Notes: generated by a model not told the origin, from the letters alone. A stretch of DNA of 64,000 nucleotides from Verrucomicrobiota bacterium (GCA_038214755.1 JBBQRQ010000004.1:40369-104368); one strand, 5' to 3'; positions 19,382 through 28,773 are shown, counted from the stretch's first letter. Program-made: numbers and translations.

Positions 19382-19831
19382 ATGAAGATAAAAAACATAA
19401 GTCAAAAACGACTTGGTGAGCTGGAAGGCTTCACCCTCCTGGAGGTCTTGGTTTCATTTCTTATCGCAGGGATAGCTATTGGGGGAATTATCAAGGGCTA
19501 TAGCCTGGCCTCTCGTCGCGCGGAATGGTCGGCCTATTCGTTGGCTGCTCAAGCAATGGCGGTTAAAGGAATGGAGCAGGTGGTCGCCGCACCGTGGGTT
19601 CCTCAATACAATATTGACCAACTGGTTAGCAGCAATTTTCCGCCTCGGGTTGAATACCTTTGCTTGCCCACTCAACAAACCAATCTGGTCAATGGCACCA
19701 ACATTACGGTCATCAGCACCTTCTCTACTTCTCCTTTGATGAAAATGGTGCGGGTGGACTGTGTCTGGACGTTCCTGGACAACCGAATGTTTACCAATAG
19801 TGTAGCGACTATCCGGGCGCCTAATTTATGA
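19382..19831 (+). CDS. Prepilin-type minor pilin (PilV-like)
   Basis: G/FTLLEVLVSFLIAGIAI class III signal. Confidence 0.85.
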   Translation: MKIKNISQKRLGELEGFTLLEVLVSFLIAGIAIGGIIKGYSLASRRAEWSAYSLAAQAMAVKGMEQVVAAPWVPQYNIDQLVSSNFPPRVEYLCLPTQQTNLVNGTNITVISTFSTSPLMKMVRVDCVWTFLDNRMFTNSVATIRAPNL

Positions 19832-20442
19832 GATGCAGCGTCACTTCGAGAGGAATGTTCCCAGGACGACGTGCTTTCACCTTGCTTGAGATCATGGTGG
19901 TAATGACGACGTCGTTACTTCTTATCGGGGCAGTGTTAGGGAGTCATATCTACGGATTGAGAATGTCCGCCAGGATACAGGTTAAGTTAAGCGCGAGTGA
20001 CGATGCGCGAGAGACCTTAAGCAAGCTGTTGCAAGATATTCGTTCGGCCCGGAGCTTGCGGATCGGAAGTGGAAGCTGGAGCAGTTTTACCGATGTGGCG
20101 GCCAACACGAATCAAGTGGGGAACGCGCTCCAGATTTATCCCACTGTAGATACGAACAGTTGGATTCGATACTATTATGATCCATCGGACAACACGCTCA
20201 AGCGGTCAGTCAATGGAGGCAGCGCAACACTGGTGACGGCCAACTCGGTCACTAACGATTATATTATCTTCACGGAACAGGATTTTGCCGGGAGGACTTT
20301 AACCAACCGAACCCCCATTGGAGTCATCGAAGTGAACCTGTCGTTTACGAAATTAAAGGATCCGCAGGTGCAGATTGGGCCGGGCAATTACTTCGATTTC
20401 TATCAGATCCAAACCAGAATTACTCCACGGGTCAAATTATAA
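19828..20442 (+). CDS. Prepilin-type minor pilin (PilW/GspJ-like)
   Basis: A/FTLLEIMVV class III signal; ATGA overlap with the upstream gene. Confidence 0.85.
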   Translation: MRCSVTSRGMFPGRRAFTLLEIMVVMTTSLLLIGAVLGSHIYGLRMSARIQVKLSASDDARETLSKLLQDIRSARSLRIGSGSWSSFTDVAANTNQVGNALQIYPTVDTNSWIRYYYDPSDNTLKRSVNGGSATLVTANSVTNDYIIFTEQDFAGRTLTNRTPIGVIEVNLSFTKLKDPQVQIGPGNYFDFYQIQTRITPRVKL

Positions 20443-20450
20443 GCATCATC

Positions 20451-22778
20451 ATGCATCTCCAACCTCAAGGCAATAAGCGCGGTTACGCCCTTCTGATTAC
20501 AATGTGTCTGGCCTGCGTCGGCGCATTGATTCTGGCGGGGGTGTTGGATTGGGCGTCGCAAAATGCTTTGCTCACCACTAGGAATAACGAGTACTTCACC
20601 ACCTGTTACGCCGCTGAGGCTGCGACGGAGAAGGTCTTCGCCAACCTATCGCGGGACTACCAAAACTACGGGGAAGGCGTGGTCTATTCGAGAATACCTC
20701 AGTACCTGACCAATCCCCCCTCGACCACCGACAGTTCTTACTGGGCTGACTATGAGTTTAACAACGGCGCAGGAGCGGTTAATCGCGTCACCTTGCAAAG
20801 AGTCAACCCGACGAACTCTATTCTCCTGGGCGCGCCTTATGCCGGTCTTCGGTCATTCGGCTCCACTTACCAGACCATTGCCAATGCGAAAAATTCCTCG
20901 ACGCGCCATCATATTCCTGGAGCAGTCGGACAAGAGGTTCACCTCGGAACCATTCCTATTTTTCAGTTTGCCATTTTTTATCAGGGAGACATGGAGATCA
21001 ATCCGGGACCGACTATGAATATTACCGGGCTGGTTCATGGGAACTCAGATATCTATTTGCAACCACAGTCGGCGTTGAGGTTCTACGATGACATCTCTGC
21101 ATCTGGCACAATCATCCCCGGTAAAAAGCCGGGCGACCCGTTGAATCGGACTTCGGGAACCATTACCTATGATGAATACCATTTGAGCGGGGTAAATCCC
21201 CTCAACCTTCCTGTCGGCACAAATACCACCGGTGTGGTGACAAATATCGGTGACAATGTATATGGGATTATAGACCTGCCCGACCTGAGTGAGTTACCCA
21301 ATTCCGCTGTGGGCACCAATCGTCTTTACAACAAAGCAGATTTAATTTTGATTCTTTCAAACAATCTGGTGGTGGTGAAGAGTGGAGTGTCGGTGGACAA
21401 CTCCGCCACTGTTATACCGACCAATCAATGGAAACTTTTCCTGCGGACAAACGATAACTTCACCAACAAGCGCGAAAACATCAACGTCCAGGCCACCACC
21501 ATTGATGTTGAGAAACTGCGGTTATGGAGCGGGACGAACACCGTCTTGCGTCCACTCCTTGGCAACCGCGATGTTTCCTCCATTTATGTGGCGGACCTTC
21601 GTCCTACCAGCAATGCGGTGCTAACCACAAATTTCACGGTCTCTACCAACTACACCTTGATTACCAACACGACGCCGACGACCTCCCGGACCTACCCGGC
21701 AGCCGATTCCTACTTAGGGCCGGTCAACAACACCACTGTATCCACCAATGCGCCCCCGCCCGCACCGGCTGCGCCACCCGCTTTGAACATCACCCCTATT
21801 ACCACTGGTACCACCGATGTTGTTCCACCGGCTCCGGGAACTTACACCGGCACGATTACAACTAATACTGCAGCGACAACGACTTCATCGTATCCGTCCG
21901 CCGGCACTTATACGGATTCCGTGACGACCAATACGGTTGTGACAAGATCCGACACTTATCCGTCACCTGGAACCTATTTTGGTCCAGTGGTGACAAATAG
22001 CACTGGAAAAAGATATACTTACAATCTTATCACCGGCTACAGCTACGCCCGCATCACTGGGTATAGCTATAACCTCATTACTTCCTACACCTACCTGCTT
22101 CCGGCCTACGCTTATAACAGGATAACGAGTGTTGGCACCAATACATCGCGGGCAACCAACCTTTTCTACAACACTAACTTCACCGTATTCGCGCAGTCTG
22201 GCATTGTTTTGACCAATGGCAGGACGCTACCCGCTCTCGGTTTGACGGTAGTGACGCCCGATCCGTTGTATATCACGGGAGACTACAACACATCGCTTGA
22301 TGGCATCTCTTTCTACACCGGTTCGGCGGACACGTCGCATGCCCGACCCGCCGCCATCATGGCCGATGCCATCATGGTGCTGTCCACCGCATGGAATCCT
22401 GTCAATAGCAGCGGGCTTCTTAGCGCTCGAATCGCCGCCAGCACAACTGTCAATGCCGCGTTTCTCTCCGGGATAGTTCCTACTGGCGATGGTTATTACA
22501 GCGGTGGAGTGGAAAATTTCCCGCGCTTTCTGGAGGACTGGTCCAGCCGCACCTTTACCTACAATGGATCAATGGTCGTCATGTTCGATAGCAGGGTTGC
22601 CACTGCGCCCTGGCTCGGAACGGGTAGCACGTATGGAGTCTATAATCCGCCGATTCGTAGCTGGGCCTTTGATACAAACTTTCTCGATCCGCGCAAGCTT
22701 CCGCCACTGACGCCCCAGGTCATCTCCGTAACAAGGGGTCGCTGGTCCTTAATTTCGCCCAACACCACGACTTTCTAA
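20451..22778 (+). CDS. Large PilX-like pseudopilin/adhesin with a Thr-rich repeat insert
   Basis: RG/YALLITM signal lacking E5; IPIFQFAIFY..DMEI.PG; C-terminal YSGGVENFPRFLEDW and YNPPIRSWAFD. Confidence 0.8.
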   Translation: MHLQPQGNKRGYALLITMCLACVGALILAGVLDWASQNALLTTRNNEYFTTCYAAEAATEKVFANLSRDYQNYGEGVVYSRIPQYLTNPPSTTDSSYWADYEFNNGAGAVNRVTLQRVNPTNSILLGAPYAGLRSFGSTYQTIANAKNSSTRHHIPGAVGQEVHLGTIPIFQFAIFYQGDMEINPGPTMNITGLVHGNSDIYLQPQSALRFYDDISASGTIIPGKKPGDPLNRTSGTITYDEYHLSGVNPLNLPVGTNTTGVVTNIGDNVYGIIDLPDLSELPNSAVGTNRLYNKADLILILSNNLVVVKSGVSVDNSATVIPTNQWKLFLRTNDNFTNKRENINVQATTIDVEKLRLWSGTNTVLRPLLGNRDVSSIYVADLRPTSNAVLTTNFTVSTNYTLITNTTPTTSRTYPAADSYLGPVNNTTVSTNAPPPAPAAPPALNITPITTGTTDVVPPAPGTYTGTITTNTAATTTSSYPSAGTYTDSVTTNTVVTRSDTYPSPGTYFGPVVTNSTGKRYTYNLITGYSYARITGYSYNLITSYTYLLPAYAYNRITSVGTNTSRATNLFYNTNFTVFAQSGIVLTNGRTLPALGLTVVTPDPLYITGDYNTSLDGISFYTGSADTSHARPAAIMADAIMVLSTAWNPVNSSGLLSARIAASTTVNAAFLSGIVPTGDGYYSGGVENFPRFLEDWSSRTFTYNGSMVVMFDSRVATAPWLGTGSTYGVYNPPIRSWAFDTNFLDPRKLPPLTPQVISVTRGRWSLISPNTTTF

Positions 22779-22781
22779 CCT

Positions 22782-23534
22782 ATGAAGTATCTCAACCGGC
22801 ACGGTGTAGCTGATGCGGTGGCGTTTATGAACCAAAGCGCAGAATCTGATCCACTGGGACTAGATACGACTTACCATCGCCGCAGACCCCACACAGTGCT
22901 CGGAAACGGACTGAAGTCTGCGCTCCTTCATCTCATCAGCCGCATCGTCAGTTTGTTCACGGATCGAACTGCGTGGTTGCGACTCAGCGTGGGTGTCATC
23001 TATTTGGGAGTGGCGGTTTCTACTCTAGCCGAGGGGCGCTTTGAATTATTCGATAGCATGGTCGAACTCGTTGAGGGAGGAACCATCGAGACTAGCGTGA
23101 TATTAACCGATCACCATCGTATTACCTTTGTTCCGCCGCCGCGGTTCACGGTGAATGCCAATAAACAATTAAAAAAAATCATCCTGACAGGGGATAACAA
23201 AGTCTCCATTGGGATTGAGATAACGACGAATCATTTGGGTGGTTTGCCAACGGAAGAAACATTGAAGAAAATTGTTTTGCAGCATTATACCGGGGCGGCG
23301 GTTATACGTTCTTCCAGTTGCCGTATTGGGGGGAAAACAGGTTGGTCGATTGATGCCAATCGAATACTGGGTCGAGGGGAAATGTGGATGACGCGTCACG
23401 TCTTTGTGCCGTGGCTGGCTGGGACGATAGAATTCACCTTGACCACGGAGGGCCAGAATTTCGAAGCCCAACGGAATATTTTTGGCAACCTTTTAAATTC
23501 TTTCCAAGTTGAACCGCTGAAGCCCAAGAGTTGA
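22782..23534 (+). CDS. Hypothetical exported protein, possibly PsbP/DcrB-like fold; start uncertain
   Basis: Hydrophobic segment; C-terminal EFTLTT...FGNLLNSFQV pattern. Confidence 0.55.
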   Translation: MKYLNRHGVADAVAFMNQSAESDPLGLDTTYHRRRPHTVLGNGLKSALLHLISRIVSLFTDRTAWLRLSVGVIYLGVAVSTLAEGRFELFDSMVELVEGGTIETSVILTDHHRITFVPPPRFTVNANKQLKKIILTGDNKVSIGIEITTNHLGGLPTEETLKKIVLQHYTGAAVIRSSSCRIGGKTGWSIDANRILGRGEMWMTRHVFVPWLAGTIEFTLTTEGQNFEAQRNIFGNLLNSFQVEPLKPKS

Positions 23535-23621
23535 TCGCCTGGCTGTTTCGTATCTTAGCCGCGAAGATAATGGCGCTCCTTTCAGGACACCGGCGTATTG
23601 ACCTTTATCGTTGGCAAAATC

Positions 23622-23696
23622 TGGCGACCCTACCGGGAATCGAACCCGGGCTACCTCCGTGAAAGGGAGGTGTCCTAACCGCTAGACCATAGGGTC
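23622..23696 (-). tRNA. tRNA-Glu (anticodon TTC)
   Basis: Reverse complement GACCCTATGGTCTAGCGGTTAGGACACCTCCCTTTCACGGAGGTAGCCCGGGTTCGATTCCCGGTAGGGTCGCCA. Confidence 0.97.
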
Positions 23697-23797
23697 GTCG
23701 AAGGCTGCGAAATATATTCTCAACCAGTGGCTTGTCACGGACAATTTCACTCCTTATCACCTGCGTAATACCAACGGTTCCAAGCCAGCTTGTTTAA

Positions 23798-25222
23798 TTA
23801 TTTTTCCACGGGGGTTTTCTTCGCGAAGATGTGGGTGGCGTGTCCGTAGAAAGATTCCGCTGCTTCCATAATCGTTTCAGAAAGTGTGGGATGGGGATGG
23901 ACGCACGCCGCCAAATCTTTGGCGTTGGCGCCCATTTCCACTGCAACAACCCCTTCGGCGATCAGTTCGCCCGCGCCATGACCCACGATCCCGACGCCCA
24001 GCACGCGGTCTGTATCCGGCTCCAAAATTAATTTCGTGAGTCCATCTGTCCGATCAAAAGTCAGCGCGCGTCCGGACGCAGCCCAGGGAAATTTCGCGAT
24101 TTTTACCTCGACGCCTTTGGCTTTCGCTTCAGTTTCCGTCAAGCCGCACCACGCCACTTCCGGTTCAGTAAAAACGACCGCCGGAATAATGATGTCCCGA
24201 TTGACGGCTCCCTCGCCGACAATATTTTCCACCGCGATGCGCGCTTCTCTCGACGCTTTGTGCGCCAGCAAAACTCCGCCCGCGATATCGCCAATGGCAA
24301 AAATATTCGGATCGGACGTCTGCTGCGTTTCGCTGACCTTGATGAATTTTTTTTCGTCCTGCTCGACCTTCGTATTTTCCAATCCGAGATTTTCCGCGTT
24401 CGGAACACGCCCGACCGACACTAACACGCGGTCAAAAAGTTCTTCCGTCACCGCGCCATCTTTTTCACTAACGACCATAATTTTTTTTCCTTTGGTCGCC
24501 ATTTTCGTCACTTTGGTTTTGTAACGAATTTCTTTAAAATTCTTTTCAGCGTATTTCACTACGGGTCGAATCAAATCCGCATCGGCTCCGGCGAGAATGG
24601 ATTCCAATGCTTCAATGACCACCACCTTGCTGCCGAGATTGGCATAAGCCGTCCCCAGTTCCATACCGATGTAACCGCCGCCGATGATCAAAAAATCCTC
24701 CGGCACATCCTCGACCTGTAGCGCCTCGGTCGAAGTCATCACGCGGGGATTGCCCAGATCAAACGCTTTGGGTAGCGCCGGTTTTGAGCCGACGGCAATG
24801 ATCGCTTTTTCGTATTCAAGAAATTGCTGGCCGTGTTCCGTTTCCACTCGCAACCGTTGCGAGCCTTCGAAGTAGGCGCGGCCATTGACTACTTGCACGC
24901 CGCGCGACTTCGCCAGTTGGCTGATGCCGCCGGAAAGTTTTTGGATAATCGAATCTTTCCAGGAACGAAGTTTGTCCACATCGATTTTGGGCGGCTCAAA
25001 CGAAATGCCTCGATGCGCCGAGTCCTTCGCTTCTGCAATCATTTTGGTCGCGTGCAACAGTGCCTTGGATGGAATGCAACCGCGGTTCAAACAAACTCCG
25101 CCCAGCCGTTTTTCCTGCTCGACCAGGATAACTTTTTTTCCGAGGTCAGCAGCGTAAAATGCGGCGGCATACCCGCCCGGCCCCGCGCCGACCACAACGA
25201 TTTCGGTTTTCAATGTCTCCAT
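23798..25222 (-). CDS. lpdA: Dihydrolipoamide dehydrogenase (E3)
   Basis: GAGPGGY, GGVCLNRGCIPSK, HPHPTLSE. Confidence 0.97.
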   Translation of the reverse strand: METLKTEIVVVGAGPGGYAAAFYAADLGKKVILVEQEKRLGGVCLNRGCIPSKALLHATKMIAEAKDSAHRGISFEPPKIDVDKLRSWKDSIIQKLSGGISQLAKSRGVQVVNGRAYFEGSQRLRVETEHGQQFLEYEKAIIAVGSKPALPKAFDLGNPRVMTSTEALQVEDVPEDFLIIGGGYIGMELGTAYANLGSKVVVIEALESILAGADADLIRPVVKYAEKNFKEIRYKTKVTKMATKGKKIMVVSEKDGAVTEELFDRVLVSVGRVPNAENLGLENTKVEQDEKKFIKVSETQQTSDPNIFAIGDIAGGVLLAHKASREARIAVENIVGEGAVNRDIIIPAVVFTEPEVAWCGLTETEAKAKGVEVKIAKFPWAASGRALTFDRTDGLTKLILEPDTDRVLGVGIVGHGAGELIAEGVVAVEMGANAKDLAACVHPHPTLSETIMEAAESFYGHATHIFAKKTPVEK

Positions 25223-25338
25223 GGCAAATATTATAGAATCAGATTCTGGCGGAGGATAGCTGGCCGAAAAGCGGCGTCGATATTTTTGTCGGCCGGATTT
25301 CACAAATCGTTCAGCTTATTTTTTTTCAAAAAAAAACC

Positions 25339-25375
25339 TTGACGGTATGGCTGGAGTGCCATACAAAGTATGGCA
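25339..25375 (+). promoter_or_regulatory. vapBC promoter with an overlapping palindromic operator
   Basis: TTGACG-N17-TACAAA-N7-ATG; TGCCATAC-aaa-GTATGGCA at 25357-25375. Confidence 0.7.
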
Positions 25376-25638
25376 TGAAAATGACGATGCATATCGATGA
25401 TGAGTTGTTAGCCAGAGTCATGGACGTCACCGGCGCACACAGCAAGACGAACGCGATCGATTTGGCGTTAAGAGAAATGGACAGAAGAGCCAAATTAACC
25501 GAATTGGCTTCCAAAGGATTGGGGATGACCGCGAGTGAGTTGAGGGAATCCTTTGATCCTGCTTCCTATCTGGAAACCTCTTACGCTTTAGCGGAAAAAC
25601 CCGTGACTTATGGCCGTAAGCCCCGTTCTCGTAGATAG
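25375..25638 (+). CDS. vapB: VapB-family antitoxin (RHH)
   Basis: MKMTMHIDDELL...SKTNAIDLALRE; overlaps the PIN gene. Confidence 0.85.
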   Translation: MKMTMHIDDELLARVMDVTGAHSKTNAIDLALREMDRRAKLTELASKGLGMTASELRESFDPASYLETSYALAEKPVTYGRKPRSRR

Positions 25639-26005
25639 CAGTTTTTACATTCGCGCCGCCCGGGAAGGGCGCGACCCCCTGCGGCTCCTGGCGCCAATTG
25701 CCGCCATGCGAGACGTGGCTGTGTGCGGCGTCATCCGCTGTGAGGTGGGGCGCGGCGTGAAGAACCCAAAAGTGTTGGATCGATACAATGCTTTTTGGGA
25801 CGTAATGATTTACGTGTCCACCGACAATCGGCTTTGGGATAACGTCGAGAAAACGCTTTGGCAACTGGATCGGCAGGGAATTATTCTGCCACTACCTGAC
25901 GTCGTCATTGGTTGTTGCGCCATGCGGATCGGCGCGGTGGTGCTGACCCACGACGATCATTTTTACCAAATTCCCGGAGTGCGAGCCACAGACCGAATCG
26001 ACTGA
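25610..26005 (+). CDS. vapC: VapC PIN-domain toxin
   Basis: VLVDSS, E, LPDVVI, LTHDDHF acidic PIN residues. Confidence 0.88.
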   Translation: MAVSPVLVDSSFYIRAAREGRDPLRLLAPIAAMRDVAVCGVIRCEVGRGVKNPKVLDRYNAFWDVMIYVSTDNRLWDNVEKTLWQLDRQGIILPLPDVVIGCCAMRIGAVVLTHDDHFYQIPGVRATDRID

Positions 26006-26022
26006 GTTGATTTGGGATCTGC

Positions 26023-26071
26023 TGGAGAAATTTCACTCGGTGATTTTCAAGGCAAGACGAGCGAACTGTTC
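26023..26071. repeat. 49-bp imperfect direct repeat, copy 1
   Basis: 41/49 ungapped identity with 26893-26941. Confidence 0.85.
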
Positions 26072-26143
26072 CCAGCGGAATTGTCCGCCAACAAATGATT
26101 TTGCGTCTTTGACTGGGAAACGTAATTCGACTAAAAGTTCCTT

Positions 26144-26413
26144 ATGAATGCCGACAGTGCTGTGACCGAAGTGGAAATATGGGATCGCGCCATCCGTCCG
26201 GAAGCGGGCGATTTTTCCGCAGCAGCATCGCGGGATTTGTTGCGCTTGCGATTGTCGGACACGGACGCCAAACGGGTTCAGGAACTTTCAGCCAAGGCAA
26301 ATGAAGGCGGGTTATCGGAACTCGAAGCCGAAGAACTTGATCACTATCTCAACGTCGGTCGCGCGCTGGAATTCATCAAAGCCAAAGCCCGTCTCTCCCT
26401 GAAGGCTGCTTGA
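26144..26413 (+). CDS. Small helical protein, putative antitoxin partner of the HNH gene
   Basis: RVQELSAKANEGGLSELEAEELDHY; TTGACT-N17-TAAAAG-N6-ATG upstream. Confidence 0.75.
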   Translation: MNADSAVTEVEIWDRAIRPEAGDFSAAASRDLLRLRLSDTDAKRVQELSAKANEGGLSELEAEELDHYLNVGRALEFIKAKARLSLKAA

Positions 26414-26420
26414 CCGCCAA

Positions 26421-26825
26421 ATGAACGCGGCGTTTCGAAAAGCCGTTCGGGATCGGGCGCTGCAACGTTGCGAGTATTGTCGTTTTCCTGAGCAATTCGC
26501 CGAACTTCCGTTTCACTTCGACCATATCATCGCCCAACAACACGGCGGAAAATCGGAATTGGAAAACCTGGCGTTCGCTTGTTGTTATTGTAATCGCTAC
26601 AAAGGTCCAAATCTTTCGGGTCTCGATCCGGATTCAACGAAAGTGGTTCCCCTTTTTCATCCGCGACAGAATTCCTGGGGCGAGCACTTCTCCTGGACCG
26701 GCGCGTTTATCGACGGCAAAACCGCCATTGGCCGCGCAACGATTCAGGCATTGCGATTGAACCGCCCCGACGCAATTGCCGTGCGACAACTTTTGATTCG
26801 GGCAGGAGATTACGGTGTGAGTTAG
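26421..26825 (+). CDS. HNH endonuclease
   Basis: RCEYC...FDHIIA..HGG...NLAFACCYCNRYKG, LFHPR. Confidence 0.92.
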   Translation: MNAAFRKAVRDRALQRCEYCRFPEQFAELPFHFDHIIAQQHGGKSELENLAFACCYCNRYKGPNLSGLDPDSTKVVPLFHPRQNSWGEHFSWTGAFIDGKTAIGRATIQALRLNRPDAIAVRQLLIRAGDYGVS

Positions 26826-26892
26826 CAAAGCCGCGCCGGAATCGTGAACAAGATTATCTCGCGCAGAAACCGCTTCTAAAAAAACTGGATGG

Positions 26893-26941
26893 TGGAGAAA
26901 TTTCACTCGCGGATTTACAAGGCGAGACGAAGGAATTATTC
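26893..26941. repeat. 49-bp imperfect direct repeat, copy 2
   Basis: tggagaaatttcactcg...caaggc.agacga shared with copy 1. Confidence 0.85.
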
Positions 26942-26992
26942 GACGCGCACAAAAATTGCCATTTAAGCAACCCGAGTTTGGCGACTTAAATT

Positions 26993-28309
26993 TTACGCGT
27001 CGAGCTTCACTTCTGCTTCTTCAAAATTCTGAAAGGCTTCAACCAGGTCCACCATGAACCGTGCCGCGCTGCCGCCGTCGATCACCCGGTGGTCATAGGA
27101 TAAAGTAATCGGTAAAATCAAACGCGGTTCGATTTTCTTTTCCTTCGTCACGATTGGTTTGAACGCCCCTTTGCCCATTCCTAAAATTGCCACATCCGGT
27201 TTGTTCACGATCGGCGTGAAGTGTCCGCCGCCAAATGCGCCTTGATTGGAGATCGTGAAACTGCCGCCCTGCATTTCTTCCGTGGAAATTTTTCGGTCGC
27301 GCGCTTTCGCGGCGAGTTCGCTCAACTCTTTGGAAATTTGCGCCAAATCTTTTTTATCCACGTCGCGAATGACGGGAACCATCAAGCCCTGCTCGGTTTC
27401 AACGGCGACGCCGATGTGAAAATATTCTTTGAAAATAATTTCCTGCGAACTTTCATCGAGACTCGTGTTGAAAATGGGATGTTTTTTTAAAGTGTTCACC
27501 ACGGCTTTCACGGCGAAAGAAGTCACCGTGAGTTTGGCCCCTTTTTTCTCGTAGGCATCGGCGTATTTTTTCCGAAGCTCCATGATGTTCGTCAAATCAA
27601 CGTCATCAAACTGCGTGACATGCGGAATCGAATTCCAATTCTCGGTCATGCGTTGCGCAATGACTTTACGCAACTCGGACATCGGTCGTTTGTAAATGGA
27701 ACCGAATCGGGAAAAATCAATTTGCGGCGCGGCTTTGCCCGGAGTTTTTTGCGCGTCGGGCGCGGAAACATTTTTTTGTTTCGCAGCGCGCTGCAAGTTT
27801 TGGATGAACGTTTTTAGATCGGCCAAAATAATTCTGCCGCCGCCTTCGCTGCCGCGAACTTTGCGCAAATCAATTCCCAAATCCTGCGCCAGCCGCCGCA
27901 GGGCAGGGGACGCGGGCGGAGGAAATTTCCCCGTGTATTCGAATTCTTCTTCGGGCGCCTCCTCAACTTCTTCGCCTTCTTCTCCCTTGTTTTTTTCCTG
28001 GCGCTCGGCGGGTTTTTTCGCGGGAGCTTTTCCGGGCGAGGCCTTTTTTGGCGCGGAAGCGGCGGGAGCTTCGGCAACGCCGCCCGCCAACGAAAGAATC
28101 GGTGAACCGACGGAAATTTTCTGTCCCTCTTGAACGATGATTTTGGAAACTTGTCCGGCGGCGCTCGATGAAATCGGGGTCACGGCTTTGCCCGTTTCAA
28201 GTTCGATAATGGTTTGGCCTTTGGTGATTTGATCACCTTCCTTGACGAGAATGGTCACGACCGTTCCCGCGTCGGCGCCTTCACCGAGTGGAGGTAATTT
28301 TACGTCCAT
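26993..28309 (-). CDS. aceF: Dihydrolipoamide acetyltransferase (E2), single lipoyl domain
   Basis: ELETGKA lipoyl motif, ASPALRRLA E3/E1-binding domain, LSYDHRVIDG. Confidence 0.93.
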   Translation of the reverse strand: MDVKLPPLGEGADAGTVVTILVKEGDQITKGQTIIELETGKAVTPISSSAAGQVSKIIVQEGQKISVGSPILSLAGGVAEAPAASAPKKASPGKAPAKKPAERQEKNKGEEGEEVEEAPEEEFEYTGKFPPPASPALRRLAQDLGIDLRKVRGSEGGGRIILADLKTFIQNLQRAAKQKNVSAPDAQKTPGKAAPQIDFSRFGSIYKRPMSELRKVIAQRMTENWNSIPHVTQFDDVDLTNIMELRKKYADAYEKKGAKLTVTSFAVKAVVNTLKKHPIFNTSLDESSQEIIFKEYFHIGVAVETEQGLMVPVIRDVDKKDLAQISKELSELAAKARDRKISTEEMQGGSFTISNQGAFGGGHFTPIVNKPDVAILGMGKGAFKPIVTKEKKIEPRLILPITLSYDHRVIDGGSAARFMVDLVEAFQNFEEAEVKLDA

Positions 28310-28323
28310 ATTTTAATAAGTTT

Positions 28324-28355
28324 TAACCACGGATGAACACGGATGAACACGGATA
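28324..28355. repeat. Left 32-bp arm of (GGATGAACAC)n decamer repeats
   Basis: taaccacggatgaacacggatgaacacggata; reverse complement of 28761-28792 at 31/32. Confidence 0.95.
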
Positions 28356-28362
28356 AAAAAAG

Positions 28363-28773
28363 TCATAAGACGATTCGTTCCCACTGCAGCCTCGCGTGTT
28401 TAAAATTCAGAATCAGACCCACCCGGACCTTCGCAATTCGTAAATAATTCATCATCTGCCCGCGTTCGTGGTCGCTAATTCGTTCGATAACTTTCGCGTC
28501 CACAATAACAGTCTCGTAAGCGATGAGATCAGGAATGAATTTCCCCACCATCCGGCCTTTGTAAGAAACATCGAAGTTGCGTTGCTGGTGGTGCGGAATT
28601 CCTTGTAAAGTAAATTCAACAACCAGAGAATTTTCGTAACATTTTTCACCCAAACCGTGGCCAATTCCATTTAGCACTTCGAAGGCGCATCCCAGAATGG
28701 AATGGGTCTCTTCTTTCAGCAAGAGTTTGGAACTGACGCCATGAAGCAGGTCCACTTGTGTATCCGTGTTCAT
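28363..28773 (-). CDS. GxxExxY protein (PD-(D/E)XK nuclease-like)
   Basis: GHGLGEKCYENSL, FIPDLI, IVDAK, QMMNYL, GLILNF. Confidence 0.92.
   Translation of the reverse strand: MNTDTQVDLLHGVSSKLLLKEETHSILGCAFEVLNGIGHGLGEKCYENSLVVEFTLQGIPHHQQRNFDVSYKGRMVGKFIPDLIAYETVIVDAKVIERISDHERGQMMNYLRIAKVRVGLILNFKHARLQWERIVL

Noticed and set aside
19046..23696. Integrative element at tRNA-Glu
   Set aside because: No integrase, and I found no duplicated tRNA 3' end at the far side.
26003..26098. Stop read-through of vapC into the 49-bp repeat (GEISLGDFQGKTSELF)
   Set aside because: Copy 2 is not in frame with the HNH gene and no recoding signal is evident; probably coincidence.
25339..26941. Integron cassette array
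   Set aside because: No intI, and the repeats lack the RYYYAAC/GTTRRRY attC palindrome.
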